A DNA stretch of 61,415 nucleotides, filler included, from Choristocarpus tenellus KU-1152 (taxonomy: Eukaryota > Protista > Phaeophyceae): NCBI GenBank assembly GCA_964200185.2. It is 9 parts of 9 records of this genome, joined end to end, with 100 filler letters (N's around TTAATTAATTAA, not from the genome) between each part and the next. Parts side by side here need not be neighbours in the genome. Positions count along the whole stretch, not along the records: positions 1 to 4,015 come from CAXNAD020016660.1; positions 4,116 to 9,104 come from CAXNAD020012259.1; positions 9,205 to 12,399 come from CAXNAD020021633.1; positions 12,500 to 15,289 come from CAXNAD020024736.1; 5 more parts are not named here. One strand, written 5' to 3'. Below the pieces are notes generated by a model, which worked only from the letters and a program-made list of their open reading frames with translations, made no database searches and was not told the DNA's origin. Made by a program: the position numbers and the translations under genes. The stretch's first letter is position 1. Each line of letters begins with the position of its first letter. This document shows, in pieces, positions 1 to 12,687 of the stretch.

Positions 1-1313
1 GATAAATCAACCCTTGAAGCTCCCTCCAATCTCCCGTTCAAAGCGTACTACTGTGGAATGACTTTTGTTAGCGATAGAGTTTCACCAAGAAAGAGAAATA
101 CACAACATGAGAGGCTGTTGCAGCGAGTGTATCCTTGGCATTGCAAATATTTCCCTTGGTGGCACACAACTAACATCTACAAGAGGGGCTAAGTGCCGCA
201 AAAGAGCAGCACACCAAGGCCATTGTTGCGTTGCTGATAGTCCTGGTCTCTGTTGTTCCCTTCTTCCTCCCCGGTATGCCAAATCCTCTGCCTCTTGGAA
301 TGTATTTGATTGATGTGACTGGATGGACCTGAAGGTAGCCGTTGAACCAAGAGAGTTGAACGCATGGCATGTCTGCACCTTGTGCACCATACCGGTGTAC
401 TATCATCCGCAGTACTTCCGGAAAAATCTCGTGCAACCAATGAGCTCCCCAACCAGGCCTACAACGCCGCCTTGGAAGAGGAAGCTGCAGCCATGGTTCT
501 CAGACGACCAATCATCAATAGGATCAGGGTTGAGATCGCTCATGTTGAAAACTCACCTGTTGACACTTTCCAGGATCTTCTTTGCCCCAATAGTTCCCAA
601 TTCTCCTCTAGAGAGGGAGAAATGAAGTAGGTGACGGTAAGGGGAGTCACCTGGGCAAGGGTGATACGGTAGGGTTTATGTTATATACAATGGGTGGGAA
701 AACGTTGGGATCGCCTTTGGATGTGTACGACTGGAATGGGATGGCAACTACATCTTGATGCAAGTATCCTCCGGGGACATCTGGGAAGGATTAGGAACTA
801 TCTCTCTTGTCGTGTCAGATATAAGAAGTACACACTATGCCATGTACTCCTGAGCATGATAACGATTTTGCAACAGTTCAGTAGTATACTCCATTCGGTA
901 GTTATTCTCACAAGGACACAACCACAGGCTGCGCTCTCGTGGTACTGAAGTTCGGGGTTGAGGGTATAATCAGGTGTGCAAGGACTACACGTCCAACAAA
1001 TCAAGATAGGGACCCCAGGACATGCAGACCACATGATACCTTCCTCCGGCCGAAGCATTGATTGCACAACGTCCTTCTTCTGTAGGGTATTGACAAAGTT
1101 TGGCAGTGAAGCCACGGCCTGAGGATTTGGGTCCAGGTCATGGGATGGTTGGTGAGCGGGATGGAGTTGGCCAGACCCTGGGACAGCCATGGAGAACACT
1201 GGTGAAATGCTGTCAAGCCTGCTATACAGAGATGAATCATAACCCGGGGCAATCACTTGGTCTTGTGCGATAGGAATCAGTTATACAGTCTGTCTCAATG
1301 AATGAATATTGTA

Positions 1314-1427
1314 TCCTTCCCTTCCCCTCCCTTCCCTTCCCTTCCCCTCCCTTCCCTTCCCTTCCCTTCCCTTCCCTTCCCTTCCCTTCCCTTCCCTTCC
1401 CTTCCCTTCCCTTCCCTTCCCTTCCCT
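1314..1427. repeat. (CCTTC)n pentanucleotide microsatellite
   Basis: About 22 near-perfect CCTTC units. It generates the spurious GREGK/FPSLP ORFs. Confidence 0.97.
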
Positions 1428-1559
1428 CCTGCACACACTACAATGTAACCCCTGACTCGCCTGGACGGTACTGCACGCATAGCAGTTAGTGTTCTTAGGG
1501 TTCCTGATTCCCAACTGAATCTCAGGGTCAATCCGCCTGTGGAGATAGAGCGGAGGGGT

Positions 1560-2970
1560 AGTTCAAAGTCCGTTGGGATGGTGGGGAAATGAAACCTCTG
1601 CAGTCAGTTTGTGAATTGGCTTTGAACTCAAAATAGCTGTGAATGTACTGATCTCTCTGGAAGGAGGTGGCATCCGGCGGAAAATTGTGTTGTTGTTGTA
1701 GTTGGTGCTGCTGCTCCTCTGATAAGCAGGCAACGACTCTCCTTGCTTTTTGGGAATCCCACAGGCGGGCGTCACTGGTGCTTCTTTGTTGTGCACAACT
1801 GGTTCCAACATTTTGATGCTGCTCTACGCACTTATAAAAATAGCCCCAGACAATACAAGCTCATCTTACCATAGATGACCACTCAAGCCCTGAGGGGTGG
1901 ACCGGCCACCATTCAGGCTAACACCAGGGAGAAGATCTGAGAGGGATACAAAGTTGAGGACATGAAACAATCATATCAGAGAGTGGGGTCAATGGCTGAG
2001 TGAAGGCGGTTGTCCTGCCTTGTACTGGTAAATGCCTGCCAAGTTTACTCTACTGTCAACATCCCAGCCTGTTCTTCCTCAAATTTCTCGTGGGTAATGA
2101 TAGCACAACTGTACTGAAAGTGGTCTGCCTTGAAGGGGTGGTTCACGGCTAGAACAAGGACGGCAATGGGGGCACCCTTTATCCCTTTCAATAGTGCTGC
2201 CTGCACCACTTGATACACTGGAACACGGAGGCATGGCAGGTGCGCGTCGGTATACTAGCCCCCTCTTCTTTGCAGGTGTCATACTCTACCGTGTTGATCC
2301 ACCTCTGTGTTATCTGACCTGATATACGCATGTGTTGTTCTGTGTGCATGCGTGCTGGTGAATCTTCTCATGGTTCAACCTTGTCCCACCCAAGCATGGT
2401 GTAAAATACATACATTGACCCTGCCCAAATATACACTCTCCAGTGTAAGAATGCTACATCCTCAATCAACGAGACCCTACCCTTTTCCTTCTGCTGGGGC
2501 AAAGTCCCAGCTGTTGGAATTGGTGCGCGGTTTTTGTTCTTTCCTTTTGTACAATCGACGGATTTTTCATTACCTTTCTTGGTTACGGTTGCTCTGGATA
2601 CCCCGGAAGAGCGCCCCTGCAGGGATTCCAACTCCTTCACCCTCTGGGCCAGTTCTCTTCTGTGGTCCTCCAGGGATTTTATCGTTGATTCGCAGCGCTG
2701 CTTGGCAGCCTCCTCCTGAGTCGTGATCGTCATCCCAGTGGGGTGTTTTTAGTTGAGGGTCAATTCTAGGGTCATTGAGGGCTTGGGGCAGAGGGGTTTA
2801 CTCAAATTGGGTGAGAATCGGGACGAAATTCAGGACTGAGGACTCCCAGGGACTTGCCTCATCGGCTTTCCTCAACGCTTTTTTCATCCCCTCCTGCACA
2901 GCTTGCAGTTTAGAATTGCAGTATGCTTCCCTCCTAATACTGCTCCGGAGCCTTACCCTTGTGAAATGAG
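1560..2970 (-). mobile_element. Degenerate TE-like ORF1/gag-type coding remnant, unclassified
   Basis: Broken minus-strand frames with a coiled-coil-like segment (EEAAKQRCESTIKSLEDHRRELAQRVKELESLQ) interrupted by stops and lacking convincing splice structure. Confidence 0.3.
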
Positions 2971-4015
2971 ATTAGCGTTGAGGTAGGGATGTACACATGG
3001 GAGGGGAATTGGGGCGAGGGGGGGTGTGAGGTGGGACAAATATTCAACCGACGCTCAATAGCACCTCAGCACTCCAGTGCTAGCGGATCCTTGTCAACAT
3101 TTGGGCACTATTGTATATGACCCAGGTGCCCTAGGTTGGGCAAGCATCTAAACTTTCAAACCCCAAACCGTGCCCAATCGATATATCACAGTATTCTAAG
3201 AAATCCAAATAGTTATGCTCTGTCCTGATAATGTGGGTTCCATACACTTTGGCTGTTGAGGCGTGAGATTCACACCACCAAAACAGTCCTACACCACTAT
3301 TCTCACCAACCAGTAGTACATTTCCTCCCCTAATTATTGACAAGCTCCATTTGAGATGTTACATGCTCAAGGCAAGGGAGGGGGCCCGCTCAATTCTCAC
3401 GCCAGTCCTATCACTCACTTGGTCATCCACACATGGGCACACAGTGTTGTGCTGGATCGACTCCTCCGTCTCACCCTGCCAAGCACCAGTTTCTCGATCG
3501 ACATTTTCTCGATTCTCTTCAAGAGGTTTGCACAAAATGTGCAGTGATTTACCATTGCAACACGAGATAAAAGGAGGAATAGAGATATGGCCAAGGTTCG
3601 TGTCGGGTTTGAGATTGAGAGTTGGCCCTCCTTATGGTGACTTTTGAGCAGTGGTGTCTGAGTCAATGTAGCCCAGAGAGGGGTGTCGCTGAGTCGTAAG
3701 GACCCTCGGAGCTTTCTTGGAGCTTTCTGGCGACACGTACCTTGGACCAATCAGTCCACGGGCGTGAAGTGCATTTTGACTGTTTTGGGGCTAACCTTGG
3801 TTATCCTTATCGGTGCCCTTTTGCAAGTGTCTTCATCTTCTTTACGCAAAGCTAAGGACCCCTCAAAACTCAAAATGGTCAAACCATGCACACCTACTCT
3901 CTCTTCTTTCTCACAGCGGTCGTGGGTGACAGCTTCACGGTCAGACTTACTGCCATGCTGTCTGCCTCGCAGTCAATGAGAAATATATTTGACTAGGGAT
4001 GGAGTCAAGGCTTGG

Positions 4016-4115
4016 NNNNNNNNNNNNNNNNNNNNNNNNNNNNNNNNNNNNNNNNNNNNTTAATTAATTAANNNNNNNNNNNNNNNNNNNNNNNNNNNNN
4101 NNNNNNNNNNNNNNN
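4016..4115. other. Artificial contig linker
   Basis: 44 N + TTAATTAATTAA (stops in all six frames) + 44 N. Confidence 0.99.
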
Positions 4116-4360
4116 GGGGGGTGGGAAGACCAACTACAGCATTAAAAACAAAATGTGCGAAATTTTTTTTTGAGAGCTCCTGTGTGTACCCCCCACTTGC
4201 CAATCTGGTATTTTGAGTAGCAGATGTGCCTGAAATACCCACCCTGCCTTCATCAACGCAATGGTCCTCTCAACAGAGTCACACCCTAGTACATACATAC
4301 ATACATACACATTACATATACTACAGGGCCTTACGAAGGATTGCGTACTCCCTCTCTAAC

Positions 4361-4958
4361 CTGTTCTGCCTCGAATGCGATGCACATCTTCCACAGCCCA
4401 GTCGATAGAGGATGGTGTCCAACTTTGTGGATTGCTCGTCTGTACACGCTATGTTTGAACAATGCGGGGTAGACGGACAGGGGGGGGGGGCAATCGCGAC
4501 GTGAGGGAGGGGGGCCGCTGGTTAGCTCTGCACAAATCACACATCCTCCATTTACTCTTGCAACCATGTATTGTCTTTGGTACTGACGGGATCCGAATTA
4601 TTCCATAAGTCCGTTTTACGGTAGGGACAACCAATGCCACTGAGGCATGTATAAAGCGTATTCGCTTGGAACACTGCAAGCAAACGCACGTATGTAGGAC
4701 AGCCGCCACTGTATGCTACGGGCTCACGCAGGTACAACGGCTATAAAAGGCCAAAGCACTGACAGGCCTGTCGAGTTGAAGAGTCAAACCAGAAACAATC
4801 AAACAAATGCAGCAAGGAGGGGAAAACCAAAACGAAGCACAATCTAATAGTGCAAGTGGCTTTTGTTGGGAAGTACTGTAGACAGAGCGCTGTGCTATCC
4901 TGCTCCTGCCAAGGCCACTGAAAATAGCTATGAAAGTATGGAGATTTATGCAGACCTC

Positions 4959-5001
<43 letters not shown>

Positions 5002-7231
5002 TGCTACAAAATTCCTACGATACTGTCATCATGCTAACGGTGTCTGGACACAGGCATCTCAAACCGCAGGAAGGCTCACAACTACCGCTGGGGGGAGGGG
5101 CACGGTGAGAGGAACGCCTGCCAAGGAGTATGCCAAGGTGTTTCTAAAGGGACTCTCAACATGTCATCAATCAGTTACTCCTTCATTGCCCCTGCACCCC
5201 AGCAAGGGCACACACGCCTCTCAGTCAGTCCATGCTACTGTGAGGTTGATAGTGAGCAGAACGAAGTGAGAACAGTTCAAATCTTTTACATTTTCCCCCC
5301 TCTCCGCCCGAGGCTCAGATAATTGAAGGCATATATTGATACATAGGCCGTGCACTGGAAAATACCTGAGTCCACTGTAGTAGTCACTGAGAGGAACCAG
5401 ATTATGATTGTCCTGAATCGTAATATCTTTCTGTGTGCTACTAATAACACATTGTATAATTGAGAGAGATCATGAACATTACTCCCAAACAGGTATCTGA
5501 TCAGGGGACAGATGGGAGACTCAGTGGAAGTGGCCTGCATCTGGGTAGTGCTTCAGTGACTGTTCTTAGCAGGGATTTAACGAAATTCTCTCTGTATTTG
5601 TCGTGCTCTGTTGTATTTGGCCTCCTACCAGTCCGTCCCCCACCTCCATGTTGCCTTGACAGTCACATCTTGGGCTGCAAACTTTCCAGTCCTTACTACA
5701 GGTTGAGCCTAGTCTTTTACATTATGTAGTATAATGCATTTCCGAAGGTTGGCATCTGAGGATGTTCATGTTCTACAGTAATATTTGTGCATACATATAT
5801 GACAAAAACTGTAGGTTGTACTCTGAGGTATGATTGGTCACGTCCGACATTAGAGGAGTTGTAGTACTTGTTATTGTGGAGACTAGTGGTCAATAGCAGA
5901 AAGCAATCAATCCCAAATATATACCATCAGAAAACAAAATCTCACCTGCGAAAAAAATCAGGAGCTCTCTCTGCCCCCTGACTATCCTTGCCTTTGCCCG
6001 CCCCTCCAATCAATGACAAGGAGTAAGGCTTCCCCCATCTGAGGTAGGCGAGGTATGCCTCCCAGATGTCTAGGCAATGGGGGGCCGCTGTCACAGCTTG
6101 CTCGAATATTGCCAAAGCCCTTGCATCCCCGGGATCATCTAAATGTTTTGTTCCTCCCGACCTCTTGGAGGCAGCCCCGATATCCCCTGAACCTCCACGC
6201 TGTTCTTTAGTCTCAGCTGGAGCTGGTTCGTCTGTCCCATTACAGCCTGTACTGTGGCTGCTTTGAGCGCCAGCGCTGATAAGCACTAGAGAAAGTTGGA
6301 CATACTGCAGTCGATTTCACATACATGGTTGAGATTTACTGTTCAGGTTGGAGTCCACATCAAGCTAAGATATTGACGGGTCGAGGACTTTGAAATGTGT
6401 GCTCACCACGCAAGGTTGGATGTGCCAAGGAGCACTACTTGGGACTATTAACATGCCAAGGAGTACGGAAGGATAGGAGGAGTTGGAGGATGAGTAACAT
6501 CGTACAGGGAAAATTATTCTCCAAATAATGGCAGCTGAAGTCTTCACATACGGGTTGCTGATGCTAAGGTCAGGGGGAACCTTTCTACAAATTGCCACGT
6601 TATTCAGCGGACGCCTTCGTCCAGTCGAAATGTACGTTGTTGGTGTGCAAATGATCCAAAATACATGGAGAGGAGTTGAATCTCATGGACAAACAGTTGG
6701 AAACAGCAAGCAAGACCTCGTGCTGTGTAGATAGGGGTCAAGGATACTGCATATGTAGCACCTTTACGTTGATTGCCCATGATAAGAACAAGCAACAGCA
6801 CTTGTGTTGAAAGGCGTTGGAGGTCAAGTAGACTCTTCTCTAATCCATCCCCGCTACCAACCTTTTGCCAGTATCCGAAGCACAGAGGGAATTGCCTCAA
6901 GAATCCATCAAACGCCTTTTCCAAGACATGCAAGTCCGAACCAGCTTCAACCTGCCAATTGTTTGCGCGGGGGTTAGCGGGTATTGCTTTGCACTGGCAA
7001 CGGCATGAACCTATCCTGAAAGATATAGAAATATCGCTATTTTAAGGCAAGGGTCACGTCCAGTGTTTGCAAAAGCTATGTGTTATGTCGAGGACATCCC
7101 CCTGAGGTCACCTGTGAGAGGAGGGCAACCCACGACTGAAAGTTCAGCGGATCGATTTCTACGGATTCCCACAGCAGACGCGTGGCATGATCGGAAGGAA
7201 CAGGAGCATCAGAATCTCCTATCGACTCCAT
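4361..7231 (-). CDS. PRP39: Pre-mRNA-processing factor 39-like HAT-repeat protein, 5' part. Exons 7231-7112, 6951-6862, 6304-5946, 4448-4361; continues past the contig end
   Basis: Spliced translation MESIGD..LWESVEIDPLNFQSWVALLSQ|VEAGSDLHVLEKAFDGFLRQFPLCFGYWQK|YVQL..IFEQAVTAAPHCLDIWEAYLAYL..FFRS|VYRRAIHKVGHHPLSTGLWKMCIAFEAEQ matches PRP39 motifs (FL.EFPLCYGYWKKY, FERAV..DLW..Y, VG...S..LW). All introns are GT-AG with matching phases (0, 0, 2). Confidence 0.9.
4959..4995. repeat. (CT)n microsatellite in a PRP39 intron
   Basis: Direct CT run. Confidence 0.95.
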
Positions 7232-9038
7232 AGCGATCCTTCGTTTCGTTCTCTACCTTGTCTTGGTGATATGTATCCACAACCAAATTGTATAACCACA
7301 ACCAAATACATCAACACGCCTCCTTTTGATGTTCTGGAAAACTGAAACTAATATTGATACTGCTAAAGAAACTACCCCACCTCAACCTGCGGTCTTGGGA
7401 CCTAGAGGGGGAAGTCATCAAGATATAGAGAAGCAAAGGGAACGGCCGGAGACTACCGGCTAGGGTCTGGAGATGGCAACCGTTGTTGATATCTCGCTCC
7501 AGCATCGCATTGCTGAGGTAGGTGAATAGCTTATTCGAAGACCTTCCTTCTATCTAGATGGTAGACCGTCAGGTGAATCAGCTTCTTGGTGTGTGACCCC
7601 TGCTTGCTGGAGCTATTTGAGAACGTCAGTTTCCGCCTAGCTTGTGAAGTCCAAGTCCTGTTCATGAATTGCATCTGCGCCCCCTGGGACAATTCCAGGC
7701 CCAAGAGTGAGATGGAAGTGGGAGTGGCAACAACACTGCATATCCGCCTCGATCTTCACGCTTCTCAAACCTTGCGAGATCGTTGACTATGGCATGAACT
7801 GTGCTACAGAAGATCTATTGGTTATCTGCTTCACTACTCCAACCTAAAAGCAGACGTAAAAGGTCACCCAGGTCACAGCCCTATCCTTCACCTCCCTTCC
7901 TTATGTCTCCCATCTCCCTCACCCCACCCTGAATTTCGACAAGCCCAGGGCATACCCTTGCTCACGTTACAATACCATATTATTTCACTCAGTTATAAAC
8001 TTGTGTGCATTCCCTGCGTTGTGCAGTGTTCCACCTTTGCACCAAATGTGATCTCCAACCAAAGTCACACCCCTACACTCCTGTTCACTGAATACCCGCA
8101 CATGTATACCGATAGCGCCTACGCCAATGTACGTTCATGTTCACAGCCTTTTCATGGACTCTGTTAGGTGTCGCTGGCACTGGATGCGGTCTATAATGGC
8201 AGTGGACATGACCACCGGGAGGCAGATAGGTGGTTGCAGGAATTTCAACAGTCGCCAGAAGCATGGAAGGTAGGTACCTGTGCAAATTTGTTTGGTTGCA
8301 TTGACGAGGATAGGAGGAGATTCACGTTGGTACAACATAAGTGAAGCAAGGGACGAATTGTGGTTCTGGTCTGGATAGTGACTCGGACGATAGATGCCTG
8401 GAAAAGACACCACTACATGTTTGCACTATGATGAAACCGTAGGTACTATGCATAGGCATGGTTTCATTTAGTGCCCTCCCTACATTGCATTGTGTGCTTC
8501 TTATGATGTACTTTCGTATTTTCTCTCAAAATTGCGCTGGCTAGGCCTCTGCATTACAGTACATCATATTGTCACATGCAAGTGTAAAACATCGCGTACA
8601 TTATGCAAGTCCACGAGAAGACGCACAATGGAAGGGGTCATTCCGTGAGATATGATCTCCACATGTGGTAGAAAAGCTCTGTACTGTTGTACACAGGACA
8701 ACCACTCTCACAGCTCTGAATACCAACACTCACACAGGCACATTAGCATACCTTGTCTGCATGAGTTATTTGCATCCCCCACTGCAGTCAACTCATGTTT
8801 GTGTGGAGCCACCACTGAACCTATTTCCTACGTCCCTTCTCAAGACCGATTGATGAAGTTGAGCAGCTAGTTATACCTCTGGTGAAGCGTGCCATCAAGC
8901 ATTTCTTGGGACAATCTTGAACTCCATTTCTAATACATTTGTGTCTTCCGCTGCCCATTTGAGCTCCAAGCATACCTTGTGATCTCCACTACCTGTCAAA
9001 TATCTTTTTATTCACCCTAGTTGCTCCCCCCCCCGCCC

Positions 9039-9074
<36 letters not shown>

Positions 9075-9104
9075 CCCTCCCGCCCCCACCCCAAGCACGC
9101 CCTC

Positions 9105-9204
9105 NNNNNNNNNNNNNNNNNNNNNNNNNNNNNNNNNNNNNNNNNNNNTTAATTAATTAANNNNNNNNNNNNNNNNNNNNNNNNNNNNNNNNNNNNNNNN
9201 NNNN
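9105..9204. other. Artificial contig linker
   Basis: 44 N + TTAATTAATTAA + 44 N, preceded by a poly-C tract. Confidence 0.99.
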
Positions 9205-9235
9205 GACCCCCTCCCCCCCCCAGATACTTTAGGTC
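9205..9235. mobile_element. Terminal fragment of the AAAGTATCT-TIR MITE-like family
   Basis: CCCCCCCAGATACTTT matches the termini at 55105-55124 and 12670-12687. Confidence 0.6.
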
Positions 9236-9659
9236 AAACGTTGTTGTTGAGGGGATGGTTGACCCAGAAAACATAGTTTAAGCGTTGTGTGGCAGGACCC
9301 TGGCCTGTGATGCCTTCATCAATACCATAGGAATTCTTTGTTGGTCGTAGTAATAGTCAATACTATTATCAGACGCCACAGGTATTACTCGTGTTCATCT
9401 ATCAATAGATCGATCATATGGGGACGTTGCCCTTGACAACAGTTTGTATGTAGGGTGTCAGGTGTCCTTCTCTTCTTGATATTCCACGCAGTGCTTAGCT
9501 CAAAGCTCGACTCAAAGTTTCGTTCAAGATAAAAAGTAAGGACTGAAGGTAAAAAGGGGTGATCGTTTGACCAAAAGCCCTCTTATTATTTTCGTCATCC
9601 ACCAATTTCTTTGGTCTTCTATGCAACTGCTCTACACGTACTCCAATCAAAAACCTTTA

Positions 9660-10480
9660 TTCTGCAACTTTTTATGGACTTTGACAAATGCTACGTATGC
9701 ATTCCGAATCTTATCACTCTGTATCTTCTATGAAATCATTATTTATTCTGTAAGGCTACCTATGTGTCACTAATACCGTACATTGTTCGCACTTGTTAGC
9801 AAACACCAACATTTGTGACAGACGTATAGTGTGAGTATTGTTTCTCGCGTTCTAAAACATGGGAAGAAATGCCCGCGCTATTCGCGTGTAACAAATGCTC
9901 GCACTTAGCTAGAACACAAGAAGAAATGCTCGCACTATTCGCCTGTAACATTCTCCCCTAGCACAGACCACACTACTCCCCCTTGCCCTCCTAGTGCTTG
10001 CCAAGAATTTGATCTTCTTGGTGGCAATACTTCTTGCCTAGGACCCCTTTTCCCCCTACCACAGTCCCCACATGCTCAAACAGGCACACACAACCGTTGT
10101 TCCTTTCCTCCCGAGGCTGCTGGAGTAGAGGGGTTACAACTTGGCGAAGCTTTCCCTTCTTTCTTTTCCCCACCACAGTTCTCCCATTTTCCCCATGCAC
10201 GGCATTGCGCTCCACAGTACCCCATCCTGGTTAACGTAAACGGTACACTGTAGCCCAATATAGTTGCTGGAAGTGACCCACAGGAGTACTTAACAGGATT
10301 ATCCTTTGACAGCACCGACAGGACATGTTCGTCTGAGTGAGTTTAACGTCGACGTTTTCCCCCAATAGGAACAGTAATCATGAATTAATTGCGTTTGTTC
10401 ACACGTAACAATCGTTAAGGGGCCTGAAAAAGACCGCACAGCAAAGGCATTTGTTACAGCTTGCAATGGGCAGCGTCGAG
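9660..10480 (-). mobile_element. LTR retrotransposon remnant (probably Gypsy-like): LTR end, PPT and degenerate internal sequence
   Basis: 9740-9950 is similar to 59030-59127 (..GCTAGAACAC.AGAAGAAAT.CTCGC.CTATTCGCCTGTAACA). On the minus strand a purine tract AGGGGAGAA directly precedes TGTTACAGG. Internal remnant includes QRLCVP. Confidence 0.5.
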
Positions 10481-11254
10481 TAGGTAGACTAAGTAAGATG
10501 GGTCGGATTTCGCTGAGATTTTAGGGCAACTCCAAAACGTTTTTTTGTAAGATCCCCCCCCAAAACAAATGATGAAAATTGATGCCATCTTGTCCATTTA
10601 TAGCCTGCTCTGCAGAGTGCTCAAACTCATCCTGAACAGAGAAAGTACTAGAGTGCATGGGGGGATAAGGGGAGAGCGTAGCATGCCTGGCTACAAAAGC
10701 ATCGTTCATTTTTTCAACGGTTCAACATCGGTTCTCTAATGCGCATTTTAAAACCCCTTTTACGTGCTTCTTGATGTATCTTTCGGTGACTGAGGTGTAC
10801 TCAAGAAGAGCACCTACCCATACGGCAATGCACGACATGCCCATCCTTGACTGCACGGGGTGTAAAATCTCATATATTAAGTTACATATACATCAGATGT
10901 ACAGTATGTGTTACCATCAACTTCGGCTAATAAAATTAATTCCGATATTCCAGTAACTCAACCTCAGATTCCGTCATACAAGACTATCGATGCTTTGAAA
11001 GTGTTGTATTCCATTAAAAGCGGTTTAGCGAGAGGTAGTCAAGAACTTGATGTAGGCAGTACAACAGGTATTGCCTATTTTTTCTTTAGTGACCAAACTT
11101 TAGATTTGTTTCTTACCAAGAAAGTTTTAGAAAAAAAGTATCTCAAAACCCTAATCCAAAAACTTCTGTGAAATCAAGAAAAAAATCGAATAAAACGTCA
11201 TGTTGCAGATACCAATCAGTTCTAAAATTGACGAAAAACTGGACATTCCAGGCA

Positions 11255-11500
11255 CAACTGAGCCAAACCAAATCGAGAGGTGATCAGGCTTGCACCCTTT
11301 TGCACTCTAACTCATCTTTCTTACCCTGTGCACCACACTCCATTTCATTGCTATATATATGTCCACAATAATGTATGCAAAATTGATGTTCCCCCTTTCC
11401 ACACGCAAAATTTTGTGACATTTCAATTAAGCAAAGCCTCTTTCCGCAATTATACAATATGGCATATTTCTTGCCCTTTTTCAGGATACCCAAAATCAAC
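11255..11500. repeat. Dispersed repeat, copy 1 (inverted copies at ~14690-14830 and ~58395-58650)
   Basis: Shared GAGCCAAA..ATCGAGAGG..CCCTTTTGCA(C/T)TCTAA..TTACCCT(G/A)TGCA core in three different contigs. Confidence 0.75.
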
Positions 11501-12399
11501 CCTGCCCACCTCTCCATTGTTTTGGGTCATTTCATATATTTCAAGCTTCGTTGTTATTCTTGTACAGAAAAATAAAATCTATTTCAAGAGAGGTACGTAC
11601 ATACTCACTTCCGCACAATTGTAGCGAAACTTCAAGCGAGCAAAGCAACTGAGCATTGTAGACGGCATTTTTATTTGAATATTACAAAAACAAAAAAAAT
11701 TGGAACAAAAAAAAAGTCCATACTTCTCCTTCCTGCCTGTACAGACATCACAATTTTGTTACGGATTTTCTCAAGTGACAGAGATGCAGACACCCTGCTG
11801 CAGTCGCCCATCAATTCTCGACCACCGTTTGTTGTCTCCAGCAAACGTGCCTAAAATGGTCTCACACAAAGCTCACTCCCAACCCAGAAAACCAACTACA
11901 TCCCTCACCCCTGTGAGGCCTCGCTGAAAACAGGCCATTCCAGCAACAGGAGGAATCAATTGGCCTTCTCCTGCAATCACCCTAAATGCTTCACAACCCA
12001 CAAACTCTTCCATCACGAAACATAATACCATAATGTGGATCTGTTGGTGAAAAGAATCAAAAGGGTGACCACTGCTCCTACCACCATCAGCCACTACATC
12101 CCTTCAATCCATCTCGACAACATCGGTAGAAACCTTCACGGCGAACCATCTCTCACTTTGATTCTCACACAAAAAGAGCCATCCTCGTATGAGCTCATAT
12201 GCATCAAGCTCATCATTGCAAAACATCAACAGCAGTTGGCTCTTCCGCAAACACAAGCTGCATGCAATGGACAAAATGTCAACTTCAAATAAAAATATAT
12301 GTACTCTGGAGTATATATATGGAGTATATATATGTTTGAAGCAAAAACACTGGGGGGGGGGGGGGGGGGGGGGGGGGGCTTCCACCCCAGGGGCCACCT

Positions 12400-12499
12400 N
12401 NNNNNNNNNNNNNNNNNNNNNNNNNNNNNNNNNNNNNNNNNNNTTAATTAATTAANNNNNNNNNNNNNNNNNNNNNNNNNNNNNNNNNNNNNNNNNNNN
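12400..12499. other. Artificial contig linker
   Basis: 44 N + TTAATTAATTAA + 44 N. Confidence 0.99.
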
Positions 12500-12536
12500 C
12501 AAAGAAAGCAGGAGGAGGGGGGGGGGGAAGGGAGGA

Positions 12537-12687
12537 GGTCTACACCCGGGTGTCCATTTGGGTTAAAATCAGGAAAAGTGGATTTACATTATCCATCCAA
12601 CGTATGCAACCAAATCACCCAAAAATCGCGACATGCAAAAAATGACCCCAAATGGACAGCCGCCACCCTCCACAGATACTTTGAGAC
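12537..12687 (+). mobile_element. MITE-like element, subfamily A
   Basis: Homologous to the reverse complement of 61262-61415. Internal inverted repeat GTCCATTTGGG..CCCAAATGGAC; ends CAGATACTTTGAGAC. Confidence 0.8.

Noticed and set aside
1-1260. Possible retroelement pol remnant (also 3100-4015)
   Set aside because: Only vague resemblances to RT/integrase motifs, not enough to name a family.
1237-1531. GREGK/FPSLP repeat proteins
   Set aside because: These are translations of the (CCTTC)n microsatellite.
4060-4071. Recurrent TTAATTAATTAA palindrome as a biological motif, and ORFs ending in ..XXXLIN
   Set aside because: It is always centred in exactly 44+44 Ns, so it is an assembly linker.
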